NCBI GenBank assembly: GCA_004431415.1
Contig: QPMI01000038.1
Location: forward strand, 248,001 to 312,000
Direction of reading: 5' to 3'
From: Cyanophora paradoxa CCMP329
Taxonomy: Eukaryota; Plantae; Glaucophyta
Length of the DNA: 64,000 bases
Part shown: positions 10,250-22,200 of the stretch, piece after piece
Layout of the letters: each line of letters opens with the position of its first letter
How positions within the stretch are numbered: the first letter of the stretch is position 1
Made by a program: the position numbers and the translations under genes
Notes under the pieces: generated by a model
What the model was told of the DNA's origin: nothing
Seen by the model: only the letters and a program-made list of their open reading frames with translations
The model's database searches: none

Positions 10250-11613
10250 GCGGGCCGCAGCGGTCGCGGGCCTGGCATCAGCCGCAGGCCCTGGCAGAAG
10301 AAGGGTGCAGCCACGGGCCGGCAAGGGCCCACCGCAAGCAGGCGCCGCGCCACGTCGAAGCGCGGGCCGCGGCGAAGGCCGCCACGTCCGACCGTTGCGA
10401 GGGGTTGCCCTGCGGGGTCGTGGGCGCCGGGCGGGCCGGGGGCGGCAGGGCGGGGCGGACCATGGCGAGGAGCGCGAGGCGCGCGCGGGCGTCGAGGAAG
10501 GCGGCCCGACACGCTTCGCAGCCCGACACGTCGAGCCCGTCCAGCGCCGGCAGCTTGCCGCCCGCTCGGGCTCGTGGGGCGCCCGCGAGCGGGGCGAGGG
10601 CCGCCGGGGCGCATGCGCCTCCTCGGGTCCAGGACGCTTGTGATGAGGGGGCGCCCGCTGCAGAGCAGGGCGCCCATGCCGCTCTCCGTCTCGAGGTACC
10701 TGCGGGGACGGCCGGCGGCCGCGTGGGCGGAGGCGGCGGGCGGGCGGCGCGGGGCGCGCACGCGAGGTAGAGGCGGCGCAGGGTCCCCTTGCACGACTCG
10801 AGGATGGCGGGGAGCACGCGTACGCGGCCGCTCGCCATCCGGCAGCCCGACAGGTCGAGCACCTCCAGCCTGGGCAGGCGGAGCGTGTACCCGTCCGAGA
10901 TATCCAGGGGTACGGTCTGCCGCGTTGGCGCGGAACTCCACGAAGGCCAGCGACAGGTGCGTCAGCCTCGGCTCCGCCGCCGCCTCCGCCTCGGCGAGCG
11001 CCCGGAGGACCTGCAGCGGCGCGGCCGCGTGAGCGTCGCGAGAGACGCGGGCGCCCGGGGCGCGCGGGGAGGCGAACGCCCGGGCGGCACCTTGTGCACG
11101 TGCTGCGGGCGCGTCTGCCTCAGCTGGCCGAGGTTGACGCGCGTGACCCTCGCGACCGAGCGCGCCGGGGCGAGCCGCAGGTGCCGGTGGAGCCTGTACG
11201 CCGCCGCGATGACCTTGCACTCGTGCGCCAGGGACCGCGGCTCCGGCCACGTGCACGCGCACTTGCGCTCGCACTGCGACGGGATCGCTCGAATGAGCAG
11301 AGCGCGCGTGGATGCAGCTGACGCGAGCGCGCACCTGGTAGTTGTCGTCGAGAGAAGCCGGGGTGTAGAACATCGCGAAGAACTTCGAGCATGCGATGCC
11401 CATGCGATGCGATGCATGTGGGGGCTTCTGGCGCGCACGTATTCGAAGGTCTTCTCCAGGATCTCATCTGTGCGCCGCCCGCAGCCGCGGGAGGTCAGCC
11501 TGCAGCTGTGCGCCGGCGCCGCGTTCCCGAGCGGCGCGGACGCGCGAACCGGGCAGAGCGAGGAGGCCAGTGGGCTCCGTGGTGGAGGCTATACCTACGT
11601 CGGATGTGGCCAT
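10250..11613 (-). pseudogene. F-box/LRR gene with an apparent 2-nt frameshift
   Basis: MATSDV...GLLALP|DEILEKTFEY F-box and LRRs (RLPRLEVLDLSGC, LPALDGLDVSGC). At about 10920 it reads aacgcggcag versus aactcgtggcag in the paralog at 27438. Confidence 0.6.
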
Positions 11614-12017
11614 GGCCGCGCTCCGGCTACAGCTGGATTGTTTGCGTGCTGTGCTTGACTGGCTTCGCTGCGAATTGGCTGGCTTTGCTTTGAATTGGCT
11701 GGCTGGAGCATTACGTGTCGCCCCGCGGCGGTCGCACGACTCGCCACTGAACGACCAGCAGAATTTGCCCTTGCGCGAACGTCCGCAGCAGTGTTCAAAC
11801 CGAGTGCCCGCGCCATGCGCCTTTCGAAAATTCGGCCTCGCGCCTTCGCGTCGCTGTACCCGCCACGCATCTCTACCCCACCATATTTGCCGCTCCCTTC
11901 TCAACCGGGCGACTCCGACGGGCGCGAGAGGCGCCGACGTTGCAGCACAGCTCGAACCAGCGTGCTTGTCGCTCCCGGACCAGACACTTTTGAGTGAGCT
12001 TCCTTCAGCCGCGCGCG

Positions 12018-14008
12018 ATGGAGCGACGTTCGGCGTTCGTTCTTCTTCCGGCCGCTGGGCCGCTCTCAGCTTCCGGAGAGCTCCGCACGCCGCCGCCGTT
12101 GACAGGTGCGGACGGCGCTTGCGTGTCGTACGCTTCTCCGGTCCGTCGCCGGTCGTCGGTCGGCCTAAGTCGGCGGTTGTTCTACCGTCAGGCTGCCAAG
12201 CGTCGTCGTCGCGCCAGGAGCGCCGGGCGGCGGCCGCGCGTACCACTTTCTTCAAGAGGCAGCTGTCCGCACACACGCACCTTGCGGCACCGAGCGCTCT
12301 CCGCTGGTCGCCTTCGGCATGTCCCCCGCAGGCGAGTTAGTCGCGGCTTCCGGAAGCTGCGCACCGTGGCCCTGACGCGTTTATCGCGCAGCCGTTTCCC
12401 GCCGGCGCGGTTGCGAGCTCGCAGTTCGAGGGCGCGAAGCGGAGCGGCGGTGCGGAGGACTCCGCACGACCGTCGCTTCTCGGGATCACGCACCCCGACA
12501 ACATGTCGCCGCCCCCGACGTGCGCGGCCCCGCCCCCGCCCCGCCGGCCGCCGGCGGCGCGCGTCTCTGCTGACCCGGCTCCGCGCGCACTGCGGCAGGC
12601 TCGAGAGGTGAGTCCCCGTCTTCCCACCGCGGCGCCGCCCCGCGAGCGTCGCGCTGACGCCGCCGCCCCCGCGGGAGCGCAGCCACCCCGACAACCACGA
12701 CCTGCCGGCGCCGCCGGTGGAGGCAGTCGCGAGCTTCGCCGCCCTCTACGGCGTCGTCGAGCGCCTCCTCGGGCCCGGTCCGCCGTACCCCTCCCCGGCC
12801 ACCTCCCCGCCGGCCCCAGCGTTTGTACCCCCAAAGGCTCCCGCTCCCCCTTCCCGGCCCCTAGCCGCCGTGCCGCATCCGCGCTGCCGCGCCCCCGGCC
12901 CTCCCTGCCCGCGCCCGTGCGCTGCCGGACGCCCTATCGGCCCCCGTAGCCCGTACCCCCTCTTGGGTTCTCCCTCCCCCTGCAGCTGCGCCTGACGGGC
13001 CGGCCGCGCGCGCGGGGCAGACGGGTGCCCGTGGGACCGATCCCAGACGGTGTCGAGCCTGCGGCCGTTCATCCTCGAGGAGGCCTACGAGCTCATCGAG
13101 GTGCCCGCCCCGCCCCCGTACCCCCCCCCCCCCCCTTGGCCACCTCCCCCCTAATCTCCCCCCAGGCGGTGGACCTGGGGCAGGCGGATAAAGTTTGCGA
13201 GGAGATCGGCGACCTCATCTTCAACCTGTGCGTACCCCCTGCACCCGCGGGGCGCATGTACCCCCCCCCCTGACTCTCCGCAGGCTCCTGATGGCCTCGC
13301 TTTCGCCTTTCCAAATCTCGGACTCGCTGGTGCGTGCCGCCAGGCCCAAGACCAGACCCAAGGCCCCCTGGGCGCGGGCCGAGCGGGCCGGGGGCGCAGT
13401 GGATCGCGTCGGAGAAGCTGATCCGGCGGCACCCGCACGTCTTCGGGGAGGAGGAGGACAGCAGCCACCAGGTCCGCGCGCCACGAAGTGCACGGGCCGC
13501 CTAGGACGCTGAGCCGAGCGGCGGGCAGGCGATCCGGGAGAACTGGGAGCGGATCAAGGCGGAGGAGGCGGGGCACGGGGACCGCACGTCGGCCATCGAC
13601 GGCATCCCCAAGGACCTCCCCGCCCTCGCCCGCGCCCAAAAAGCCGCCTCCAGGCCCGCCCCGCCCCCGCCCCCGTCCACGTTCTTAGGAAGGGCCTGAC
13701 CGTGGCGGGCAGGCTGGAGCGGGCGGGCTTCGAGGCGGGGCTGCTGGTGCCCGAGGGGGAGCCGGCGGACGCGGAGGAGCGCCTGGGGAGGGAGCTCCTC
13801 GAGCTCTGCCTCCGCGCCCGCGCCGAGAAGCTCTCCGCCGGTCAGCAAAGCGTGCCCGAGAAGCTCTCCGCCATCCGCCGTCCGCCGCTCACTTCGGGGC
13901 GGGCCAGAGCAAGCGCTGCTGAAGGTGCTGGCGAAGCAGGAGGCCGCCTTCCGCGCCCTCGAGCTCGAGGGGCGCCTCCCCCGCGGCAGGCCCGACGGCC
14001 CCGGCTAG
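12018..14008 (+). CDS. mazG: MazG-family nucleoside triphosphate pyrophosphohydrolase (spliced), possible plastid transit peptide
   Basis: Exons give [11 protein letters not shown]|[27 protein letters not shown]|[41 protein letters not shown] and [15 protein letters not shown]. Stop TAG at 14006-8. The 5' start (MERRSAFV) is less certain. Confidence 0.9.
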
Positions 14009-14149
14009 CCGCTGGCCGTGGGCGCTCTAGCCCCGCCCGGCGACTTCGCCGGGCCCCCGCACTCCACGTCCATCCCTTCTGTTGTACTCTACAGCGAGCG
14101 CGAGCGAGCGATGTTGTCCGCAGTAGTAGTGTTTCCCTCAAGGCCTAAC

Positions 14150-14625
14150 ATTACGTACATACATGGGCATGCGTATGCACGGTAGGCCAGGGGGCGCCAG
14201 AGCTCTGCGGCGGGCCATCACAAAGGGGGCCGCCCCGCGAAGATGCTGTGTACAGCTGCGGCCACGGCTTCCGCCGCTTTGGGGGGCAGCGGCCGGCCGT
14301 CAGGGAGCTCCGGCCGCGGGGAGACCTTCACGGCGACCTCGGGCCGAAGGCCGCGCAGGACCTGCCGCGCACGGCGCCGGGGCGGGGCGTCGGGCGGGCG
14401 GAGCTCGACTCGAGACCAGGGAAGGCGCAGGGCCCCGGGCCCTCACGGGCTCGACTGCGCACCTCGAAGGGGCGGAGGGAGTAGTCAAAGGGCAGAGGCG
14501 AGGAGATGCGGAGGCGGCGGAGGGCGGGCAGCGCGAGGATCGCCCTGGCCTCGGCCTCCTCGAGCGGCCGGTGCATAAGCAGCTCCAGCTCCGCGATCGG
14601 CAGGGCCCCGCCGCCGAGCCGCCCT
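14150..14625 (-). pseudogene. 3' fragment of an F-box/LRR family gene
   Basis: LELLMHRPLEEAEARAILALPALRRLRISS and VLRGLRPEVAVKV match the C-terminus of copy 1. No 5' exons. Confidence 0.65.
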
Positions 14626-15120
14626 GCCACCCTGACCCGTCGCCCCCCGCTAGGCCTTGGGCCTGCTGCGGATGCCATGGCCAGCTGTCAGGCCCGCGAT
14701 CGCTGCGGCCCGCGCGAGGGCCCCCTGTTCGAATTCCGTGCCCCAGGCCGGCGCCTTCCACCGCCGCGGCCCCCCGCCCCCCGCCCCCCCCCCCTTCGCT
14801 CCTCTCCCATTAATATTCCCGCCCCGCCCAACCCCACACACCCCCTCCCCGATAATATGCGCAAGCTGTCAGGAGCACGAGTTATATAATTATCATCAGC
14901 TTGCAATTGATCATGCATATGATTCAGTGCTTATCTATATATATATATAGCTAAGGTTGGGTGATGGGTCGGAGACGTTGACGGAGGCGGACGGAGGGCG
15001 CTGGCCATGGCGCCGCGATCACTACGGCATGACCATGGGATGCGGAGGGGGACCGGAGGCTGAGAAGGGTGCAGACGGACCCCCGACGACATACATATGG
15101 CGCGGGGGCCGGCAGCCTAG

Positions 15121-17137
15121 CTAGCGCCCCGGGAAGCGGAGGTGGATGGCGGCCCTCGCCCCCTCGAAGGCGGGGGAGGGGGCGCCCCAGGGGCTCTGCA
15201 GCCTCACCTCCGCCGCCACCTCGGCACGAAGACGGCGCAGAACCTGCCGCACGCGTACGGTCAGGTCGGGCGACGGTGGCCGCGCGGCCGCGGGCCAAGG
15301 CCTAGGGCCGTGCAGTCACCTCGAAGGGGCGGAGCGGCGGGGCGGACTGGGCCCTGTACGCGACGACGATGCGGAGGCGGCGGAGGGCGGGCAGCGCGAC
15401 GATCGCCTCGGCCTCCGCCTCGGAGAGGGGCCGGCAGACGACCAGGCGCAGCTCCGTGAGGGCCCGGCGCGCCCCGGCGCTGGCGAGGACGGCGACGACG
15501 TCCGCGGGGCGCGCGGCGCAGCTCGCCGGCCCGTGGCCGCTGCCTGCGCCGACATAGACGTCATGATACGCCGCAATGAGCTCACGGCGTCGAAGAGCGC
15601 ACCGGTGGCGACGAGGTCGAGGCGGAGGCGCTCGAGGCGGGGCAGGCGGGAGAGCGCCCCCGCGAGGGCGCGCAGGGCCCCCGAGGCGAAGTCCGGGTCG
15701 CTGCGGTCGTCTTCGAGGTCCTGAAGCGCGCTGTAGAGGCAGACGTGCGCCTCCCGCAGGCTCGCGACGCAGCCGAGGGCCAGGATTTCCTCGGGGTCCA
15801 GCTCGCGCGCCTTGAACTGCGAGGCGTGCGCACGGAATAGAATTAGTGAGCTCGATTCAGCTGCAGGGGCGATCGCAACATGTACAGAGCGAATTCTAGT
15901 ACGATCGCGCACTATCAGAGGCCCAATGGACTCGAGGTTCGGCATGAGACCGAGGGCGCGGAGTCCGCCGGCGAAGACCTCAGCTGGCGCCTCAACCGGC
16001 GGATCCGCGGATCGTTTCGGGAATCCGCCGTCCCTGCATACACGACCGGGTTTTATAGTTAGTTATTAATATCGCAAAATCAATTGCAAAACGCACTTGT
16101 GAAGGCCGGCCTCGGCGACGAACGCGATCTTGCGAAGGCTCGCGCCCGCAGCGCCGCAGGCGAGGGCGGCCACGCCGTGGTTGAAGTCGTGCAGGCCGCA
16201 GTTCGACGGCCACACGACGGCCAGCTCCTCCAGGTGCGCCAGGGGCGCCAGGGCCGCGAGCACCTCGTTGGCGGCGAAGATGAGGGGGCAGATGGTGATG
16301 GAGCGGAGGAGGGGGCAGGCGGCGGCGATGATGGCGGCGGTCTCCGGGGGGATGCCGGCGGAGTTGTGAAAGAAGAGGTCGAGGGAGCGCAGCTCGCGGA
16401 AGGGCGCGAGGGCGGCACCCAGCTCCCCGTCGGCGGACGACGGGAAGTGCATCCGCCGGTCGGAGCCGGGCAGCGCCTCCCTCCTGCTGGAGAGGCCGAT
16501 GCTGAGGCTGTGGAGGCCGCTGACTGTCCCGCCGACGTCGCGCAGCCGATACGAGTAGGCCGCCAGGACGCTGAGCACGTACAGTTGCATGAACAGGTCG
16601 TCGACGGCGCAGGCGTATTCGTCGAAAAGGTCGGCGTCTCCTTCGAGAAATTCGACAACGACTTCCCGAGGCTGCGCCTGATTATGCCCGCGGTGGGTGA
16701 CGCTGATGGCCGCGAGGACATCGCCGACGGCTCCGACGATGTCCCAGAGCTCGAGGTCGCGAGACGCGCCGACCTCGAGCTCCGGCCTCAAGGCGACGCT
16801 CGCGCCGGCGCTGAGCCGGAGCTTCCTCTTCTTGAACAGCGCTGACACGCCGTCGGAGACGTGCTTGATGCGCTTTGTACGTACACGCAGGTCGAAGCTC
16901 GCCCACTCCGTCTCCTCGACCACCCGTCGCCACCGCCTGCGGCCGAATGCTTAGCTACGGCGGATGATCATGGCCGGCGCAAGCGCAGCGGCTGCAGCTG
17001 GCGCGCGGGGCGGGGCGAGGTCGCGCAGACCTGCACACGCGGCGCAGGGGCCAGCTCGCCCGCAGCCCGAGCTGCTTGAAGACGTCGGCGATGACTGCGT
17101 CCGGCAACGCATCGAAGGCTGCGCGCGCCAGCTGCAT
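15121..17137 (-). CDS. F-box/LRR-like protein (spliced), family copy 3 (inverted duplicate of copy 2)
   Basis: MQLARAAFDALPDAVIADVFKQLG. Exon 16066-16923 is almost identical to 8027-8920. Confidence 0.8.
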
Positions 17138-19287
17138 GCGCAGCCCTTGTCCCTCGAGCGCATGCGCAGCTGACCATGACCGGCTTCTGCGCGGGCGGGG
17201 ATCTCACGATCAGCAAGGCTCGAGCACAGGGAATCCCAAGACCGATCAAGACGCAACATGCAAATGTACATGTGCACCTGTCAACTGCGCATGCGCATGC
17301 AAGCGCGCTCCCCATTTTCAGCGTGCTCTTCGAGAGGCCCATGTTAACACTGACTCTATCTTGAATCTTCGTCGACCTGCGTCGCGAATCGGCGGGCGTC
17401 GCGCGCGCGGGGGGGCACGCGGATCCCCGGATCGGCAAATCGAAGCGCCGCGCTTGGGACATGATGGTCGGTCTTAACTTCGAGCAGCGCACCTCGCAGT
17501 TCGTAGCCTCGTAGGCGATCCCCGCTCTCGTACGCACCGCCCGACCGCTCGTCGGGGAGTGGCGTTCCGAGGTAGGCGTGTATGTCGTACCCCTCGGCTG
17601 GCTGCGCAGCCTCAGCCCGCGGCCGCACGCTTGGCAGCCGGCGTTTTTGGGTTTGCCGCGCTTTCCATCGCTTCTAGCGAAGCGATCTGCGCCAGGGGAG
17701 AATATAGAGCTCTTAGGATGCCAGGCGAGTGGCGCCGCGAGTTTGGTGCTGGCGCGCGCGCAGCGGCTTTGGCAGCGTCATCTTCGAACGCTCGGGCTCG
17801 GGCTCCGCGGCGGCCGCGCGAGCTTCAGACGGCGTCCTCGCGGTTGCGCTGCAGCTGCTTGCGCATCGGTTCCGCAGGACGGTGTCCTCGTGGCTGCCAG
17901 ACGGTGTTCTCGCGGCTGCAGCTGTGCATCGTTCTCCGCAGGTTCCGGGATCCGCTTCGACCGATCGATCTCGTCCACGCATGACACACCACCGCGGCGC
18001 TTCCCACCGATTCCGCAGCGCGCACCTCTCCCAGCTCCGAGATGAACGGTGCGCCTCCGGTCCCCTCTCTCGCGAATCGCGATGCTGCAGGGCTCTGACA
18101 GGATCCCCCGGCAGCTTTTCGGGTGTACCCCTCCACCTCGGGCCATCAGCTACGAGGGGAAAGGTCTCCCAGAATGTCCTGGTCGCGCCCGTTACGTATA
18201 CGTGGGAAACGCCGCGGGGTACGTGGGAAAACTACCTGTACCCCCTCCCCGGACCCACGCGATATGGGGCTTGTCGGAAGCGCAGCGCGCAGCGCGGTTC
18301 GGAGTCGCTCCGCCCGTTTCGGGGGAGCTCGAGGAACGCTGTGCTCGCAGGCTGCACCATGGCCAGATCCCTCCCCCCCCGCCCCACCCCCCCTTCTCCC
18401 CCCCCCCCTCCCCCCCCCCCCCGCTTCCCTCCCCTCCGCCTTCTCGCCCGGCCCGGCCCGTCCGCCGTCTGACACAGCGTCCGCCGTCCCCCCGGCCCGG
18501 CCCCTTGGCCCGGGTCTGACCGCTGCAGCTGGCCTCCCGTGCGCCGCTCCGCCCTCAGAGGCTCGTCCTTGTTCCCCCGCAGCCCGCCCGCCCGCCCTGC
18601 GCCCGGGCGCGCCTGATGCAGCGGCGGGCGCAGTGGCGCTGCGGGCCGGGCGCTTCGACGTGGCGCGGCGTCCGACGGTCTGCTCGAACTGGGCGCCTCG
18701 CCGGCCCCGCGGCCGCGCCGACCTTCGATGGGCCGTACCCCTCGCGGCGCAGCGCGGCGAGACCTCTGCAAGAGCCCGCGCCTCTAGATCTGCATGCAGA
18801 GGGGGCAGCAGCTGCAGGCTCTTGCCTGGCAGCAGGCCCGGCGCAACTAAGCCTTGATCATGAAGACCTTCAATCTGTTTACGTTCCATTTGCAATATTA
18901 ATATTGATTACCAAATACATATGCCCTGCAGCTAAGGCCTAGGCCCGGCTGTCACGAAGATTCTAGATCTTCGAATCCATGATCATGACCAATACAATCG
19001 CCGCCGCCTGAACAGCAAACAGCAAATAACTACGTATACTGCTGCGCCGCCTGAACAGCGAAAATCCATCAATGGGCCGGGAGAGAAAGGCCGGGAGGGG
19101 GGGGGCGGGGGGGGAGGGCGGGGGGGGGGGGGGGGGGGCTGAGGAGGGCCTTTGGAAGGGGCGGGGTCCGCTCTGAGGACAGGGTGGAGAGGAAAGAGCG
19201 AAGAGACTGAAGCCGCCTACAATGTACGGGAGCATGGGGCCTTCACTGTACAATATCATTTACATGCACTGATCTAACTCGGAAAAA

Positions 19288-22200
19288 TTAAGAAGAGGTG
19301 GAGGAATCCGAGCCGTCCTCCCCGCCGCTCTCCTCCTCGTCGTCGCTGGACCCCCGCCGGCGGTTCCGTTCGCACATGTACCCGTCCCCCGCGCAACCGC
19401 AGTTGCACATGTACCCGTCGTCCTCTTCTTCCTCCTGCTCTTCGTCGCCCTCCTCCTCCTCCTCCTCATCTCCGTCCTCCTCGTCCTCCTCCTCTTCCGC
19501 GGGGGCCGGCTGCGGGGGCTCGGGGTGGACGATCGGCAGCGCGAGTCGCCCCTGCGCTGCCCGCGGCTCGCCCTCCTCGTCCGAGGAGATCTCGATGACC
19601 TGGGGTACAGTCAGCTTCGGCAGGAGACGCAGGGCGGGGGTACCCGCGCGGCCGCCCACCTCGGGCTCGGCGCGCCGGGGGGCCGGCGCCGGCGCTCGTT
19701 GAGGGGCGGGCGCCCCGCTCGACGGCCCCGCGACCGGAGCGCTGGGGCCAGCCTCCGGACCCCCGCGGCCGCTGGCCGTCGCCGTGCCGCCCGACACCAA
19801 GACCACTGCAGGGCAGGGCAGCGTGAGCCGACTTCTGCACCGGGGACGGAAGCTCGCCTAGCGCCTCCACGACACCCCGTTCCTAGCCGGGGACCTGGAT
19901 CCTTTGTTTCCCACCGGGACGGCCCGACCGCACCAAGGTCGTGGACCCGCCTCGCCGCCGCGACGGCGTCCCCCGCGCACTCCCGCGCGTTCTGCCGCCC
20001 GCGAGGCCTTAGCGGAGGTCGCCTCCTCGCGGACAGGGCGGGCGCGTGCGGACCGTGAGGGCCTTCGAGTTGACCGGCTGCTGCTCCCAGAGGCTCGCGA
20101 AGTACGGCTCGGCCGCCCGGACCGCCGCCCTTCCCGCCTGCAAAAGAGTCAAAGAGTCAAGAGAGTCAAGGGAAGGAGTGTGAACCCTCAGCGACTTGGC
20201 GCGGAACGCGGCGAGGACCTCTCCGAAGAGGAGGTCGAACTGCGGCGCCCGCCCGTGTCAAAAGAGCCGCAGGGCGGATCGAATTAGAAGGCGCCGGGAC
20301 GCTGCGAAGGAAGCTACCTTGTCCGAGGCGTCCTTGAAGGCCTCGGTGGGGCAGTGCCGGCACGCCCGCCCCTCGAAGGCCGCCCGCATGCGCGCGAAGA
20401 CGCCCGTGCCCCGGTCCGCCGCGGCCGCGCTGTACCTGCGCCCCGCCCCGCTGCTGCTCAGCTGCGCGGCGGGGAGAGAGAAGAGGAGGCGGCCGCGGAC
20501 GTGTCGGAGAGGTTGCTGCAGACGGCGTCCTGCGCGATGCCGGCGCCCCTGCCCTGCAGGTCGCGCACCTGCGCGCGCGCCCGCGCGCATCAGCCGCGAC
20601 GCCGGCGGCGACGGAGGTCGACATCGCACGTCGGCGGCCATCTCGTCGAGGGAGGCGCCGAGGGCCGTGCGTGCCGCCCGGAGCACCGCCTGCTCCTGCC
20701 CCGCCAGCCGCCCCGCGTCGAACTGCGGCGGCCGTCTCGGATCGAGTTCGAAGCGGGGGTGGGGGCAGAGTTCGAGTTCGGGCGACGCGGACGTTGCACT
20801 GGGCGGCGGCGGCCGCGACGCTCCGCACGAGGGCCGTCGCGTGCCTCAGGAGGTCAGCCTTGACGCCCTCGGCAGCCTGCGCCCTCGGGCGTCGACGCCG
20901 GGGAAGGGGCGAGGATCTCGGGTGCCTCGAGCTCACGAACCTGCGGCAGGGCGCGCTCGAAGAGCTCGCCCCAGACGCGCGCCACGGGCCCGCTGAACGG
21001 CTCGGAGAGCAGCTGCGGAGGCGTCAGCTCGCCTCGGAACGAACGCCCCAAAGCACAGCGGGGCACCTCGTTCACGTTCTGGCGCCACACGCCGTCCCGC
21101 CGCATCGTGGCACGGTAGCTCGCCCAGTGCGTGCACACGTTGCGGCTCCAGTCCGTCGCCTGCGCGAGTTGGCCGCTGAGCCGCTGAGCTGCGCAGCGGG
21201 TGACGTTCAAGGCCGCCCGTGGCCGCACCGCCCTAGGGCACTTGGCCGCCGCCTCCGCCCTTCCCTGCTCCACCGCCGGCCGCAGCCGCTCCTCCACGAC
21301 CTTCCGCAGGCCCGCGACGTGGCCCTGCATGCGCGCACTCAGAAAGCGCCCCTGAAGCAATCGCGACGCGTAAAAAGAGCGGCGCACGTCGACGGACTTC
21401 TCCATCTGGCCGCGCGAGATCGCCGCGAGCTCCTCGTAGGCCGCCTTCAGCTGCGCGCGCCCACTCGCGGAGGCCTCCCGCGCCGCTGGGTCCGCGAGGT
21501 AGCCCCGCAGCGCCTCGGCGAGGGCCGTGCAGCCCCACGTGAGGCGCAGCTGGGCCTGCACGCACTCAGCTCTGCTTTCGGAAGAATGTAAATCAAAGAA
21601 GGCGCCTTCTTACGGAGGAGGCCGGCGCGCTCGGCGACGAAAGCGCGCAGGGCGGGGATCTCCGTCTCCTCCAGCGCCGAGAAGGCCGTCGGCTTGCCCT
21701 GCGGGCCCGCTCAGACCCGCTCAGACGAGGGCGGAAGGCTCGCGGGGCCCGAGAAGACTCGCCCGCATGCGCCCCGTGAGCTTCGCGAAGTCGTGGGAGG
21801 CGACGGTGAAGACCGGCAGGGCCGCCGCGTCGCGCAGCGCCGCGGGGCGCGCCGCCCCCTCCGCCAACCTCAGAGAGCGAACGACAAGGAAGCCTAAGAG
21901 GGGTAGACAGACCTGGACGTCGCCGAAGAACTCGTCGAGGAACTCGCCGAAGCCGCGCTGGATCTCCCGCTTCACCGTCGCGTTCCGCTCCTGCCGCTCC
22001 CCTTTACTTTCGAGGGCGCTCTGGCGGCTCTGGGGGCGGACCTTGAAGACGGTCGAGTCGCGCGCTGCGGCCGCGTGCGATTCGGAGGGCCCCGCCCCGT
22101 CCTCCCCCCCGTCCCCTTCCGAGTCCAGGTCGATGGGGGCCTCCCCCTGCCCCGCCTCCCCCATCTCCTCGTCCCCGTCCTGCCCCTCCTCCTCCTCCTC

